64,000 nucleotides of DNA from Flectonema sp. DT1601 (taxonomy: Eukaryota): the NCBI GenBank assembly GCA_964019425.1, contig OZ025781.1, forward strand, positions 1,612,001-1,676,000, written 5' to 3'. Both the position numbers and the translations under genes were made by a program. The notes beneath the pieces were generated by a model, which was not told where the DNA came from, ran no database searches, and saw only the letters and a list, made by a program, of their open reading frames with translations. Positions 35,504 to 48,115 of this stretch are shown here, one piece after another (position 1 is the first letter of the stretch; each line of letters begins with the position of its first letter).

Positions 35504-36895
35504 ATGTTGAAGATCATCACAGCCCTACTCGTCAACACCGTGACTGCTTCAGGAATGTGGGAAGCAGTTGACATAATACCTACTACCAAAGTAAACGGTA
35601 TTAAAATTTTTAATAATTTATTATATGTTGCCGACGGTGAATCTGGTCTGAGGATTATCGACATTAAAAGTCCAGAAAATATGAAAGAAATTACAACCCT
35701 ATTACTTCCAACAAACGATTTGAATGACGTTTTACTGGGGGACGCCCCATCTGAAATTATATACGTCGTGGGAAGGAGTTCCTTTCATAGGATTGACGTT
35801 ACGGATTCAATTCGTCCAATAATTGTGTCAGAAACTTCGATACCTGGAAATAGTAACAGAGGTGAGATTAAAGGAGGGTATGCTTTCATAGCTGACTTGT
35901 TAAATGGTCTTCACATAATTAATTTATCCGACATGAGCATAATAAATACCGTAGCTCTACCAAATGTGACATTAGCTGTAACTGTTTTGGGAGACTATGC
36001 GTATGTGAGTAATCAGTTCATGGGTGTTATTGTGATTGACGTTTCTGATGTGATGTCTGCTTTTATTGTTGGAAACTATCATCCAAATGGAATTACAAAT
36101 TTTTGTACTTGTTCAGAAGATAGTTTATTTGTTTTGACGAGTGATAGTATTCACGTGTTGGATGTTACATCGAATCCAACATCTCCGGTTTTCTTAACAT
36201 CAATTTCTGTTACGGATGCAACCAGATTAACAATTGAGGGCACTCGTGGATACTTAGCTGATTCAAAAGGTGGAATGAGAATAATTGAAAACATCAACAA
36301 CCCAATTGGAATAATATTATCAGATTCGTTATCATCAACATGGATGGTATCCGAAGTACAATTATATGATGGGGTTGCATTCATTGCTAATTCCTTAGGA
36401 GGGATCATCGCTGCAAGAGAAGCCCCCGCCTACCCGACGGTGTCATCTGATGGAGATATTTGGCCATCTGTCTTTTTAGGTCAGCAACAGTTTGTGAGGG
36501 GTACGAAATTCAATCTTCTTCAGTTTCCAAACTTCACGTCAATCTCTGCGAATAGAATAGCAATTCATATGAGTGAAGAGTATCCAATATCTGGTATACT
36601 TACATTGGAGTGTGGGCACTCTGCTGGTTGTGATTTTTTGATTTCGATTTTCATATGTTCTGATTGTGATGAATCACCTGGTGGTATGCCAGAACTTTTA
36701 ATACTTGATGGGTGGAGACTCGCTGAATGTTCTCCAAGTTTTCAACTTTCTGAGAAGGTATTGCCAATGAATTCATTTTACAAACACCTCCCCAGAGGAA
36801 ACACATCTTACCAAACTGAGAGTGTTGATTACATTACAGCTATGGCTGTAAATGGTTTTATCACACAGTCGAATAGCTCTTGGTGTCCTCCTTAA
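35504..36895 (+). CDS. Secreted LVIVD-repeat beta-propeller protein with Cys-containing C-terminal domain
   Basis: Signal peptide; repeats LYVADGESGLRIIDI, YAFIADLLNGLHIINL, YAYVSNQFMGVIVIDVS, YLADSKGGMRII. Confidence 0.85.
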   Translation: MLKIITALLVNTVTASGMWEAVDIIPTTKVNGIKIFNNLLYVADGESGLRIIDIKSPENMKEITTLLLPTNDLNDVLLGDAPSEIIYVVGRSSFHRIDVTDSIRPIIVSETSIPGNSNRGEIKGGYAFIADLLNGLHIINLSDMSIINTVALPNVTLAVTVLGDYAYVSNQFMGVIVIDVSDVMSAFIVGNYHPNGITNFCTCSEDSLFVLTSDSIHVLDVTSNPTSPVFLTSISVTDATRLTIEGTRGYLADSKGGMRIIENINNPIGIILSDSLSSTWMVSEVQLYDGVAFIANSLGGIIAAREAPAYPTVSSDGDIWPSVFLGQQQFVRGTKFNLLQFPNFTSISANRIAIHMSEEYPISGILTLECGHSAGCDFLISIFICSDCDESPGGMPELLILDGWRLAECSPSFQLSEKVLPMNSFYKHLPRGNTSYQTESVDYITAMAVNGFITQSNSSWCPP

Positions 36896-38259
36896 TATAC
36901 CTAATATACGGACAGGCATTAACTGTCCTTTATAAAGTTAAATTCTAATGAACTGATCAATAGCGAATTGCTACTATGCAATTAACGTCTTATGTTGAGT
37001 TAGTCCTCTCTCCCTTTTGTTTTATGGGAAAAACTATAATTCTACATGCACGTTTATGAAATGTCAGATCTCAAGAAATTGACAGCTGGTTTTTTTTTTT
37101 TTTTTCTTAGATGGGGATTTTTACTCATTCGAGAAGGCCTTCCGGCTATTATGCCCAGCGCGCTCCTGAGCCATAAGTACATCGCTATCTTAAGTGACAA
37201 GGGTAGGATAGATCTACAGCCCAGGTCTAATTCGATTTGCCAGCTACCAGTTGGCTTTATGTACCAGAGGCAAGTCAAAGGGTCAGCCGGGATTCTGATA
37301 AGATATCTACACGCTTGGCTGACACGACTGAGAGAGTGCTGAACTCCCGCATTACGCATTCTACCATTTGTGTATTGTGATGTTGTGCAGCAGCTTCCGC
37401 TTGAGCAGCTGTCTATTTCGGAAACTTTCGTGTTGAGATTTCGACATTTCAGTAACCTTTACGTGGAATTAGGAGTTTGTCCATTTTTTTTAATTTTTTT
37501 TTTTTTGTTTGTTTTAAATTTTTTTATTTCTGTCCTCTCTTTATGAGTTCTGTGTTACGCCTCATTCTACCCCTCGTTACTTTCTATTCTATTCAAAAAA
37601 ACCCATAAAGATAATCGCCTGCAAACCAGGAAGTTGCTCTCTTACGGGATTTGAAGTAATAGAGAATACGACATCAATATAGTAGAGTGACCATTACAAG
37701 ACAGCACTACGTATAAATTATGTGTTTTGAAAGTTGTTAGCTCAATAACTCCGTAAACTCTCAGGTTAGCAACATTCTAGCTTTTGTTTTTCTTGATTAA
37801 TACCTTTTGAGTTACAAGTTCGTGATGTTTGTGTTATTTTGGTTTAATTGAATTATTTGTCCGAACAAATTAATTAAAAGAAGTTAGGTAATTACCTGTA
37901 AAATGAACCGCAGTTTCAACAGCTCTGATCCTTGGAACAGCCTCTTCTATTTTTTTTTTTTTTTTTTCATTTTTTGTACGTTTTCTACTCTATACGTTAC
38001 GATGAAAAAATCCTGATATATATTTTCCCTTTCCGTTATTATTGCAATTAGTGAAGTTTTCTTTTGAAACTTTGGCTGGCAGATTGCTTCTTCTGATGTG
38101 TTATGTCTTTTTATTCAGTTATCTACAACAGGTGAGCCACGCTGGTAATTCGTGTCAGGAAATTGTTTGTTTTATTGCCAAAGTAATTCAATTGTGGTTT
38201 ATTACAATAATTCATTCAGGCATTTCACAGTAACACCAGGGCCGCTCGGCGGCAGCTGA

Positions 38260-39906
38260 ATGGTTATGGGAGGAGGCCATACCAAGCTCTCTGTAGGCGA
38301 CGACAAGTGCGGAGAACTGGCGCAGCCATCTGGGCTGAAGCCAGTACGGGCACGACCGAAGGAATTGAAAGCCCCGCCAATGGTCCCTCCTCCTGAAGCA
38401 GAAGAAAGTACAACACCACTGTTAGGTCAGGTTAGAAGAAAGTATGGAAGTAGTAATTCTGCTAATCAAAGTAAAAGTAACATGTCCACCAGTTCAATAT
38501 CATCCTCTGATGGTCTCAGACAATCAGTTGACAGAAGTAGTAACTCACGGTCTAGACCGAGACCTCTTTCAGAACCTCAGCAACAACAGAATGACCCAAA
38601 TTCTAATTCACCAGGACAATCAGCATCATCTCCAAAGAAGATTAATTGGAAGCGTGGTGATGTAATTGGAAAGGGAACTTTCGGTACCGTCTGGCTAGGA
38701 TTTGACCTTGACACAGGTGCACAATTAGCTGTCAAAGAAGTTGACTTTCCGACGGATTTGGAGAACGATCCGGAAGCTCAAAAGAAATTAAAAAACCTCC
38801 AGCGAGAACTAAACTTCTTACGAACTCTTACTCATCCCAACATCGTACAGTATCTTGGCATCGAACGAAGAGAATTGACAATCTGTATTCACATGGAGTA
38901 CGTACCTGGTGGAAGTATTCTACATTTGTTAAAGAAGTTTGGTAGTTTACCAGAAACAGTTGCTCAGAAATACACCAAACAGATTCTAAGTGGATTAACC
39001 TGTTTACATGGAAGAGGTGTTATTCACAGAGATATTAAGGGTGCTAATGTTTTAGTAACTATCGATGGACTTGTTAAACTCGCTGACTTTGGAAATGCTC
39101 GTCAACTAAGCAGTATGTTAAGTGTAGCTCAAAGTTTAGGAGGATCACCTTATTGGATGGCACCAGAAGTAATTACTGAAGTTGGTCATGGAACATCTGC
39201 TGATGTGTGGGCTGTTGGAGCAACTATAATTGAAATGGTAACAGGTAAACCTCCATGGGCTGAGCTTCCCCCAGTTCCTGTTCTTTACAAAATTGGTAAG
39301 ACACACGAACCTGTCCCGATGCCAAAGAAAGCTGACGGGTTTAGTGAAGAATTAATTGATCTTCTTCAGTGTTGTATGAAGAGGAATCCACATCAAAGAT
39401 CAACAGTTTTACAGCTACTAGAACATCACTGGGTAGATCCAGAGGCTATTGTTGTAGATACGACTAGGAAAGTTTCATCATCAATGGAACTAAAGCATCG
39501 AGTATCAGCTGCCTCAGCTTGCAGTGGTTCAGACACCCCAACTTCTTCTGAGACAAGAGCTTTGACAGCTCCGGTTCTGACCTCACTTCGGAGTTCTATC
39601 CGAGAAGGTTCAGGTTTTCCATTCAAGCAAAAGATAGCTTTCGGTGAAACTGAACCTTCCAGGAAACTTAGTGAAAGCAGCACTGACAGTAGACCCTTAA
39701 ACTCACTCGGCTGTATTACCGCTCTCGGAAAACGTAACTCTGATGTAGGTTTGCCTACACAGTTGTCACCCATCCATCATGTTTCCTTAAATGACAGGTA
39801 TGCTTGTTAAATTCTGTGATAACAAAACTATAAACACAAATAGTAAATTATTATATACGAAATACAATAAAACAGGTACAGCAATCATAACAGTGATTCG
39901 GACTAA
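38260..39906 (+). CDS. STE11/MEKK-family MAP kinase kinase kinase; intron 39798-39875
   Basis: WKRGDVIGKGTFG, LAVKEV, HRDIKGANVL, DFG, GSPYWMAPE. Confidence 0.92.
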
Positions 39907-41254
39907 GATCACATCACAAAGATGTGATGCTTGTTTAAAATAAATCTAGGTAACAGGCTACCTACACCCTGATTCTTACTAGCTGTAGGAACTCCGATTG
40001 CTTGATGCGGCAATTGATCCCATGGGTATCATGAATTATGAACTACGTTATGTGTTCCTTCTTACATGAAGGGAAAAAAAAAAAAAATGAAAGACTGAAA
40101 GGGTTGGTCTTCATGAAGGAGGGTCTTCTTTTGCTTTGAAGTATGTAAAGAGACGTTTTTTTTCTTTTTCTTTTTTTTTTTTTTTTTGTCAATCAAAAAA
40201 AAAAAAAGTACTCTCCCCAGTGTACTATTTCGATAACCTTTACTACAATTAAAAGGGAATTCTACTAAGATTGGTGTGATCAACAAAATAAGTAAAATAA
40301 TCAAAAAAAAAACTCTCTTTTCTTACGCCTACTTAGGTTGTGTTAATTACCTGCCTTGATTTCTTTAGTAAGAAAGGAATACTTTGTTTAAATGAGAAGA
40401 AATAGTTCGCAGCGTTGTTTGCTGTCGGCTATGAAAATAATTGTTGTATTTGACATTCGTGTGTTCTGGTCAGGTACGTTCAGTCCCATCCCCCCAAAAC
40501 CTTTTTGGCTAGGCAAGCTAGAAAAGAACAAGAGCCATCGCAGCATTCTACTCAATTTCTTTTTTTTTTATTTATTCCCAATATTTTCTCTCGATGATGA
40601 TTAATTTTTCGTTTTATAAAGATAGCTGCACTCCACTGCAATTCAAGAAATTGCAACACATTTATGAAGTTCTGGGCGAAGCCGTACTACCTTACCGACG
40701 TCTTCTCTTCATGTTAGTTTTTGTTAAGAACCGAAACCCTACGTTGGAAGAAAAGGTGTCTGTTTTGTTTTTTTTTATTTTTTGTTTTGTTATAAAGGTT
40801 GCCTACAAAGATTGACTACTTATAGTTTACAAAGAAAAAAAAAAAAAATATCTGAAGAAAGGTGTGGCGGTGGGGGGGGAATTTTTTCTAAATAAATTAA
40901 CTTCCCTCTTTAAGACCTAGAAAATTCAGAAAAGAGAAGAATGGAAAAAAAAAAAAATATATTGGAAGAAAGAAAGAAAGGCAACAGCAACAACAGCTTC
41001 TACAAAAAAGTGCGATAAGAGCGCAGTCTTAACTCCGCTAGTTACGTTGAATAAATATAAAGTATTCAGGGGAATGTTTTATTCTTTTTCCCCCTCCCAG
41101 ATCTACAGATACCAACTGATGGTTTTAACCAGTTTCAAGTTACTTTGTATTTAATAACAGTATCAGTAACCTACAATACAAGTAAACTGCACTAGTGACC
41201 GGACTTTGGATTATTTGTGATAGTTTTTTCCATCAAAGGGAATACAATTTAAAA

Positions 41255-42460
41255 ATGTTAAAAATAGCATTCTGCGCTCTGACGGCACTCGCCAGCAGTG
41301 CGTTAGGTGATTTCGTTGCCCCGGAGTTTACAGTTGACCTGGACGAGCCAGCATACGACAGATGGAAACCTGTATTAGATTCAGTTATCAATGGAGTTGG
41401 GTATAATAACTCATGGGGAAAGATGCACTCTTTCTTACAAGACATTATGACTCATCAAGAATGGGAAGACACAGCAGAATTATGGAACAAACTGTATCAG
41501 GGATACCCAGTCGAATACCAACAAGAGATCACTGCTATGATGAAATGGTTAGGTGAGAATGGACACACTGATTGGACAAGAGGACAGCTTGTTATGTGTC
41601 AATTATTTTATGAAGTTGAAGACGCTTGCACTTCAATTGTCGCTCAGAACAAGAATGGCACTATTTTCCACTCTAGAAACCTTGACTACGGTCTTCCTGG
41701 ACTTCAGAATTTCACAACCACAATTCACTATGTAAAGGGAGGTGAGAAGATAACTTCTGCTTCTGTGTACCTCGGTTACCTTGGAGTCCTTACTGGTCAG
41801 AGATACAACAATGGATCAAAGGGAGCTTCGTGGTCTGTTTCGCTAAACCAGCGTTTTTATGGAGAACACTACGTCCCATACGTTGACACCATCAAGGAGA
41901 TCCTCTCTGGAGTACAAAATGTTGGATTTACCCTCCGCGATACACTTGCATCAGACCAGTTCAAAACTTTTGAACAGGCGACTAATATTCTTCGTGTCAA
42001 ACACATCCCAGCTCCAGCATACCTTGCAGTAGCTGGTGTTAGTAATAATGAAGGTGTCATTATCACAAGAGATCGTAATGGAACTTCAAAGGCAGCTGGT
42101 ACTGACCGTGGGTACTGGACTCTTGATGTTGTTTCTGGTGTTTGGTATCGTCTGGAAACAAACTTTGATAACTGGGAGCCTCTAACCGACGGTCGTAGAA
42201 AGGCAGCTCACAAGACAATGAATGAGCAGGGTCAGGATAAGGCTGCTACTGTTAGTGGGCTTAATTTAACACTTTCTACTCCTCCAGTTCTTGCGCCAAC
42301 AACTATCTATACAGCTTCTATGTTAAATGAAGCAGGTTACATGAGCACTTTAGTACGAATGCACAGCAAGGAATCCGACGAAGAATTGAGACGCGAAATG
42401 ACTAAATCTGTCACTCGTAAAATGAAGGATGTTGTTAAGTGGTGGAAAAGCCAGCAGTAA
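41255..42460 (+). CDS. Acid ceramidase / N-acylethanolamine acid amidase (Ntn hydrolase)
   Basis: Signal peptide, FTVDLDEPAYDRW, autocleavage nucleophile A|CTSIVAQ, HSRNLDY, GVIITRDR, LETNFDNW. Confidence 0.9.
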   Translation: MLKIAFCALTALASSALGDFVAPEFTVDLDEPAYDRWKPVLDSVINGVGYNNSWGKMHSFLQDIMTHQEWEDTAELWNKLYQGYPVEYQQEITAMMKWLGENGHTDWTRGQLVMCQLFYEVEDACTSIVAQNKNGTIFHSRNLDYGLPGLQNFTTTIHYVKGGEKITSASVYLGYLGVLTGQRYNNGSKGASWSVSLNQRFYGEHYVPYVDTIKEILSGVQNVGFTLRDTLASDQFKTFEQATNILRVKHIPAPAYLAVAGVSNNEGVIITRDRNGTSKAAGTDRGYWTLDVVSGVWYRLETNFDNWEPLTDGRRKAAHKTMNEQGQDKAATVSGLNLTLSTPPVLAPTTIYTASMLNEAGYMSTLVRMHSKESDEELRREMTKSVTRKMKDVVKWWKSQQ

Positions 42461-42880
42461 AACAAAATTAATTACACAACCGTACGACCACTATTTTTTT
42501 TTAATATGCAACTTTTCTTTGTGTGGCTTGTTATATATATTTTTTTTCAATGTGATATTTAGTCTGAATCCACCTCTCGATAAATTGTAATTGTTGACTA
42601 AAGCTGCACTACATTTTTTTTGAGGACTCGCCCATTTGTTTTCTTTTCCAAAATTAGTTTTATTTTTTTTGCACTTAAAACCATAGTAGCATCCATAAAA
42701 AATGTGGCTCAATATATTGGTGCATTTATTTCTTTGATTTTTTTTTTTTAAAAAAATGTAACAATTTACTCTTATGAATACCGAACAGTGATTAGTGTCT
42801 TCACTTAAAAATGAGGGGAAAAAAAAAAAAGGAAAATGATGAAAAATGTGTTTTTTCAATAATTAATTATCATCCAGGTG

Positions 42881-43657
42881 ATGGAGTGGATTAGTAGTGA
42901 CCGACAACATAATATGAATTTTAATATAAATATCTCACCATTTGGAGAGCTTGGTGATGGGTCAGTGTCTCCACTTCCTGTAAATGGCAACGGGGTAGTA
43001 GTAACACCTGGAGTTCCACCACCTGTTTTACAAGGGACGCTACAGAGTGAAGTAGCATTGCGAGACTTGTATTCGAAGTTTCAAAGATATACTAAAAAAA
43101 TGCAATCGATGGAAACTCAGGTATCGGAACTGAAATCTGAACTCACAACTCGTGAGAGGACACTTCGTAAAACTACTGAAGCTCTTCGAATGAAAGAAGT
43201 TGAGAACGAACGACTTCGGGTTGAAGTTTCAAATCTAAACCAAATACTTGCACGTGAACAATCTCATTTACAAATGCAGAATGACCACGTCGTGAGTGCT
43301 TTAGAGACTCACTCGAGAATGATTGATCAACAAAGACAAAAATCCGAAGACTCAAATCAACATCAAAGTCAACTCGCAGACATTGTCGATGGCTTAAGAA
43401 GAATTGTATTAGAGAGAGAGCAGTTGCAACAACAACAATCAATAAAACGAAATCAAATATTACCTCCGGTTCCGGAAATAGAAACACCCACAACTAGACC
43501 TGCAGCATACATACAAATGTCACCTCCTCCTCCTCCTCCGCCGGTATTGAGTATTCCTGAACCACTTATATCATCTATAACTGCAGTACCTCCGGGAGAT
43601 CCTTCATTGCCACCTGAAGCTATTCGAATCTTACAGCAATATCAAAGGCAGTTTTAG
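42881..43657 (+). CDS. Hypothetical coiled-coil protein with Pro-rich tail
   Basis: 258 aa ORF after a CAG acceptor; heptad pattern. Confidence 0.7.
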   Translation: MEWISSDRQHNMNFNINISPFGELGDGSVSPLPVNGNGVVVTPGVPPPVLQGTLQSEVALRDLYSKFQRYTKKMQSMETQVSELKSELTTRERTLRKTTEALRMKEVENERLRVEVSNLNQILAREQSHLQMQNDHVVSALETHSRMIDQQRQKSEDSNQHQSQLADIVDGLRRIVLEREQLQQQQSIKRNQILPPVPEIETPTTRPAAYIQMSPPPPPPPVLSIPEPLISSITAVPPGDPSLPPEAIRILQQYQRQF

Positions 43658-43960
43658 TCAGGTTATTTGTTTAATATAAAGATCATATCAAAGTGGTAGT
43701 TTAGGGTTTTGATATTTATCACCGACGTGTTGGTTGTTTCACTTGTTTTGTAGATTTACTGTCCTCAGCCTTCGATTCTGTCAAAAGGCTAAAATCTTTT
43801 TGTATTGTATTTAATAATCTTATGGTTCGTGGGAACTGTGTTCAGAAATTAATTTACACTTCGACAGGTTATCAATATTATCTCTGTTTAGTGTCTTTCG
43901 TGGGAACATGTCAAACAGAGTCAATTATAATATTTCCCAACAGCACTGTGAGAGCTTAAC

Positions 43961-44888
43961 ATGGTAGCTGAAGTAGTAGCACCGAATCTGAGAGGAACTA
44001 AAAAAGATCCGATGAAGAGAAAACACCTGCCGCAGTCTGCTGGATCACCGCTGGGAGATTTCCCAAGTGATTGGGTGAAAACTAGTAAACCTGCAAAGGT
44101 AAAGTTACCTCAGCAAGATGCTCTTTTACAAAGTAAAATCTACCAACCAAAAGGAAGTGGAAATGGTGGTAACTGTAGCAGTCTCAATAAAGGAAAGGTT
44201 CAAGAAGCTCCACGACCACCAGTTTCAGGAGCATTCAAGAGACGTTCCATACCACCAACAGAATTCAGAAGGTTTTATGACAGGGGTGACCTACCTGTAG
44301 CTATTCAACATAAGGGAAATGCTAATAAGATTGACTGGAAGGTTGATATTGAAAAACTTGATTATCATCACTACCTACCAATATTCTTTGATGGACTTAG
44401 AGAGAAAGAAGAACCATATCGATTCTTGTCTGTTCAAGGTAGCTTTGATCTTCTTGAGAAGGGTGGATCAAAAATCTTACCAACAATCCCACAGCTGATA
44501 ATCCCAATAAAGACAGCACTAAACACCAGAGATCCGGATATTATTTGTACGATGTTGAAGGTTTTACAGCAACTGGTTGTTTCAGGTGAACTTGTTGGTG
44601 AAGCTCTCGTGCCTTACTACAGACAAATACTTCCAGTTTTTAATTTATTTAAATCAAAGAATAGAAATACTGGAGACGAGATTGATTACACTCAAAGAAA
44701 ACGATGCAATTTAGGAGATCTGATCGAAGAAACGTTGCAGGTATGTATCCTGTATTATGCTGTATCTCTTCTATGGTATGATTAAAAATAAATAAAATAA
44801 ACAGCTTCTTGAAATACACGGAGGAGAGGATGCTTTCATTAACATAAAATACATGATCCCAACCTATGAGTCGTGTGTCTTGAATTAG
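43961..44888 (+). CDS. PACRG: Parkin co-regulated gene protein (axonemal); intron 44741-44804
   Basis: [37 protein letters not shown]. Spliced end [19 protein letters not shown]. Confidence 0.97.
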
Positions 44889-45333
44889 AAGTATTATTAT
44901 TTTTTTCATTTTTTTTTTTTTTTTTTCCAAAATCCTTGCATGAAACTGGATTATTTCCTCTTTATTTTGTGACACCACCATCAATTCAAAGTGTTGTTTT
45001 TGATTGCTTCCTTACCAGCCTTTACTCTCAGTTTTTTCTTTTTTCTTGTTGTCTTTTTCTATTTGTTCCGCAACCGACATTTCTATGCCGAGCCATTTCC
45101 CCGTAGTTTTCAATTTAAGATGAAAACTATCTGCTGAATGGATGATCGATACCATAAGTTTGTAATATTTATTATTAGCTGACCCCCCTACAGAAACCTC
45201 AAGTAAGCATCAACATAGTTCACTGTATCTGTAACGGTTAGATTGTGAGATTGTTTGTATTTTATTATTTCATCCTTATTCAGGATCTTAAAGAAACTAA
45301 TGCCGTGTATCGAGGACATTAGAGAGCGGTAAC

Positions 45334-46437
45334 ATGGGTTGCGGTAGTAGTTGCTCAACAGCCGCCACCACCACCAGCAGTAAAGCCAGATATCGATCTG
45401 GTGCCCCTGATGTTCGATGTCATTTATGTAAAAGGGATGGAGCTTTTTGTCTCATAACGGGGGAAAAGCACGGCAAGAAAAGGGGAGAGCCAGAGACAGA
45501 AGAAGAAAGATGTGATAGAATATACCTAATGGGAATATATGATTCGGGAACAGTTCTACCAAAACTACTTTATTATGTTAAAGCTGGTGTTGATCTCGAC
45601 TATTGGTGGGAAGGTAGAATACAAAATACGATGCGATTCTTCTTATCTCAAAAACCTGGTGAAACAGACTTACACATCAGTTGTAAGCTTGGTGCTGATG
45701 ACGAAGACTCAGATAGGATTGCGGTCTCTTGTGTAGAGAGGATTCTACTTCACAGCACGTCTTCTCAAGTACTTGGGTTTTCACTTATTTTTAATGAAGA
45801 ATCTGAATCTGAAACACACAAAATATTTCATTCCACACTAAAGTTACGAGCCACAACAGTAACAGAATTAGAAGCCTGGGTGATTACGTTAAGCTCTTCA
45901 GCTGACATCCCTCCACAATGGGAACAGCGAATGGACTTAAGTAAGTGTGACTTAAACACTTTGAGTGCTGAAGAACTATTAGCCTGCTCCTATCATCATA
46001 TCCAACCTGATATGTTTAGACAGATTACTAATTTTATAACAAAGAAACGAAATGAAATACGAAAACATCCGTGTGTTTCTAATTCTATTAAACAAGGAGT
46101 TGTACCACCGATAATTAAAAAAGGAGCGTTGCTTGTTACGAAGGGTGAATTGAGATACTGGGCAGACTTAGATATATTCAGAACATGTGTCGTGTGGCAA
46201 TTATTAAGTCGGGCTGATGTAATTTATGATGCGGGTTATACCTGGCCTACTCCTGCTTTTGAAATATTCCCGGCTTGGTGCTGGTCTCAGAAGACTTTTC
46301 GAGATGCTTCTTCAAGACTTAAACATTTAATTATTTCAGTTATGAAAATACAACGTTGTCGTGAACTGGAAGCTAATTACATATTACCAGATGAGTTGCT
46401 TTGGATTATATTCGTTCACCTACCACTGTATCCATAG
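45334..46437 (+). CDS. Hypothetical protein with N-terminal MGCGSS acylation motif
   Basis: 367 aa ORF. C-terminal LPDELLWIIFVHL resembles an F-box/SOCS-box-type motif (weak). Confidence 0.7.
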   Translation: MGCGSSCSTAATTTSSKARYRSGAPDVRCHLCKRDGAFCLITGEKHGKKRGEPETEEERCDRIYLMGIYDSGTVLPKLLYYVKAGVDLDYWWEGRIQNTMRFFLSQKPGETDLHISCKLGADDEDSDRIAVSCVERILLHSTSSQVLGFSLIFNEESESETHKIFHSTLKLRATTVTELEAWVITLSSSADIPPQWEQRMDLSKCDLNTLSAEELLACSYHHIQPDMFRQITNFITKKRNEIRKHPCVSNSIKQGVVPPIIKKGALLVTKGELRYWADLDIFRTCVVWQLLSRADVIYDAGYTWPTPAFEIFPAWCWSQKTFRDASSRLKHLIISVMKIQRCRELEANYILPDELLWIIFVHLPLYP

Positions 46438-47052
46438 AAATGTATTGACGCTGTCCGTCACTACTATTCTCTTACTGCGTGATAACATCACAATGCTATC
46501 ATGATATTTAAATTATTTTTCCTGTTCTGTTCTTTCTTTCCCTTTTCGTTATGTTTTTTTTGTCTTTATATATAAGGTTATTGTCTTTTCGTTTATTTTT
46601 AAAAGAATCCCATCCACACCTCTTACGAGGGGCTGAAAGAATAAAAATCTGCTACAAAAAAAAAAAAAAATAAAAAAAATAAATAATAAAATAACCTATA
46701 GTTAGTCATATCGAAAAAAAAAAAAGAAAGGACGAAAGTATATATCCCTTTCTTTTTTTTGGAGGGTATGACTGCTACTAGTCATAACACGGATGGCTCT
46801 TACGGATTCACTTTTTCATCATAAAACTAAGTCTAACGTAAGAGAAGCTTTGAAGTGAACCTCGGACAATTCTGAAACAATGCTTAGATTGAGATATAAA
46901 AATATTTAAAGCAGTGTTCCGTCTTGTTTGAACAGCAGAAATCTTTTTTTTTTTTTTTTTTTTCAATATCATGCTATGATATTGTGAATGTAGTGTTTTT
47001 GTAGTGAGATCCGTCATTTGATTTTTCAAAACAGGAAACCTACGCTACAGAA

Positions 47053-47589
47053 ATGCAATCTATCGCCCAGTTAACTAAATATCGTCAACGATACGTCTTA
47101 CAGAGAGCCCAACGAAATGAATGGCTAGCAGAAGAACGTAATAACATGCAAGTCATTGAAGATGGAATGCGGGAGATAAAAATATGTGCAGCGCCTTATA
47201 TCGCAGTGGGAGATGTAAAAGTCGTTGGAATCGTTGATGAGCTCGAAGATGGAATTAAGAAGTTAAAAGAAGAGAGACTAAAAGGAATACCCGAACCTGA
47301 AATAACCGACAAACAGTTTGAGTGGTTTTACGAAAGATGTGATGCTTTGTGGAAAGAGAAACTTAGTTTTGGATATCGTCGTAAGCAGTGGGAGCGGGTA
47401 ATAAAATCAGTAGAATCACAGCTGGATGAAGTTCGGAATATGCCTCCGCCTACTCGTCAACCTGCAGTAGCTGCTGCTGCTGCTGTTCCTCCTACCTCTG
47501 AGCTCTCTCTGGATTTAGATATGCCAGCTCAACAATCTATTTCAAATGCTGATGACGATCTGGACCTCGATCTCGATCTTGGGATATAA
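47053..47589 (+). CDS. Hypothetical protein, 178 aa
   Basis: ORF with helical/charged composition after a CAG acceptor. Confidence 0.65.
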   Translation: MQSIAQLTKYRQRYVLQRAQRNEWLAEERNNMQVIEDGMREIKICAAPYIAVGDVKVVGIVDELEDGIKKLKEERLKGIPEPEITDKQFEWFYERCDALWKEKLSFGYRRKQWERVIKSVESQLDEVRNMPPPTRQPAVAAAAAVPPTSELSLDLDMPAQQSISNADDDLDLDLDLGI

Positions 47590-48115
47590 TTGACTTATAT
47601 ATTTTCGTATGAACGTACCCAATGCTTAAAGGCACTAAGGAGGCTTCCTTTATTTATGTACTCCGAGCCTGTTTGGTGAGATTTATAATTACCACCTGTT
47701 GTTGTTATTTTTTTTATTTACTTCTCTACCTGCTATGCAAACCCAGACGCAGTTTCATTCGGAGAATTGGTCTGCTTTTTTGTTTGTGCCAAGTTTTCTC
47801 TCAGGGAGCAGTTAGCCTTTATTTTTATTTTTTTCAAAATCTGTTTGTTTGTTTCTTTTCGATGTGTCTCGCTCGTTGGTAATTTTTTTTTCTTTTTTTT
47901 TTTTTTTTTTTTGCAACTATCATGTGACTTTAGTTAATCAGATTTTTTATTCCCCCTGCAGCAACACAGAAAAAGACATGTGTATGCAGCTAATTTAGAA
48001 ACACTTATTGTAATGTAACGTAGTTTACGTAATCTTCAGAGTAATTAACTCCGATGGGTGCACGATTGTTTAAGTTTAAATTATTTTCTGTTTAAATCAC
48101 TTTTTCTCAATAGGG

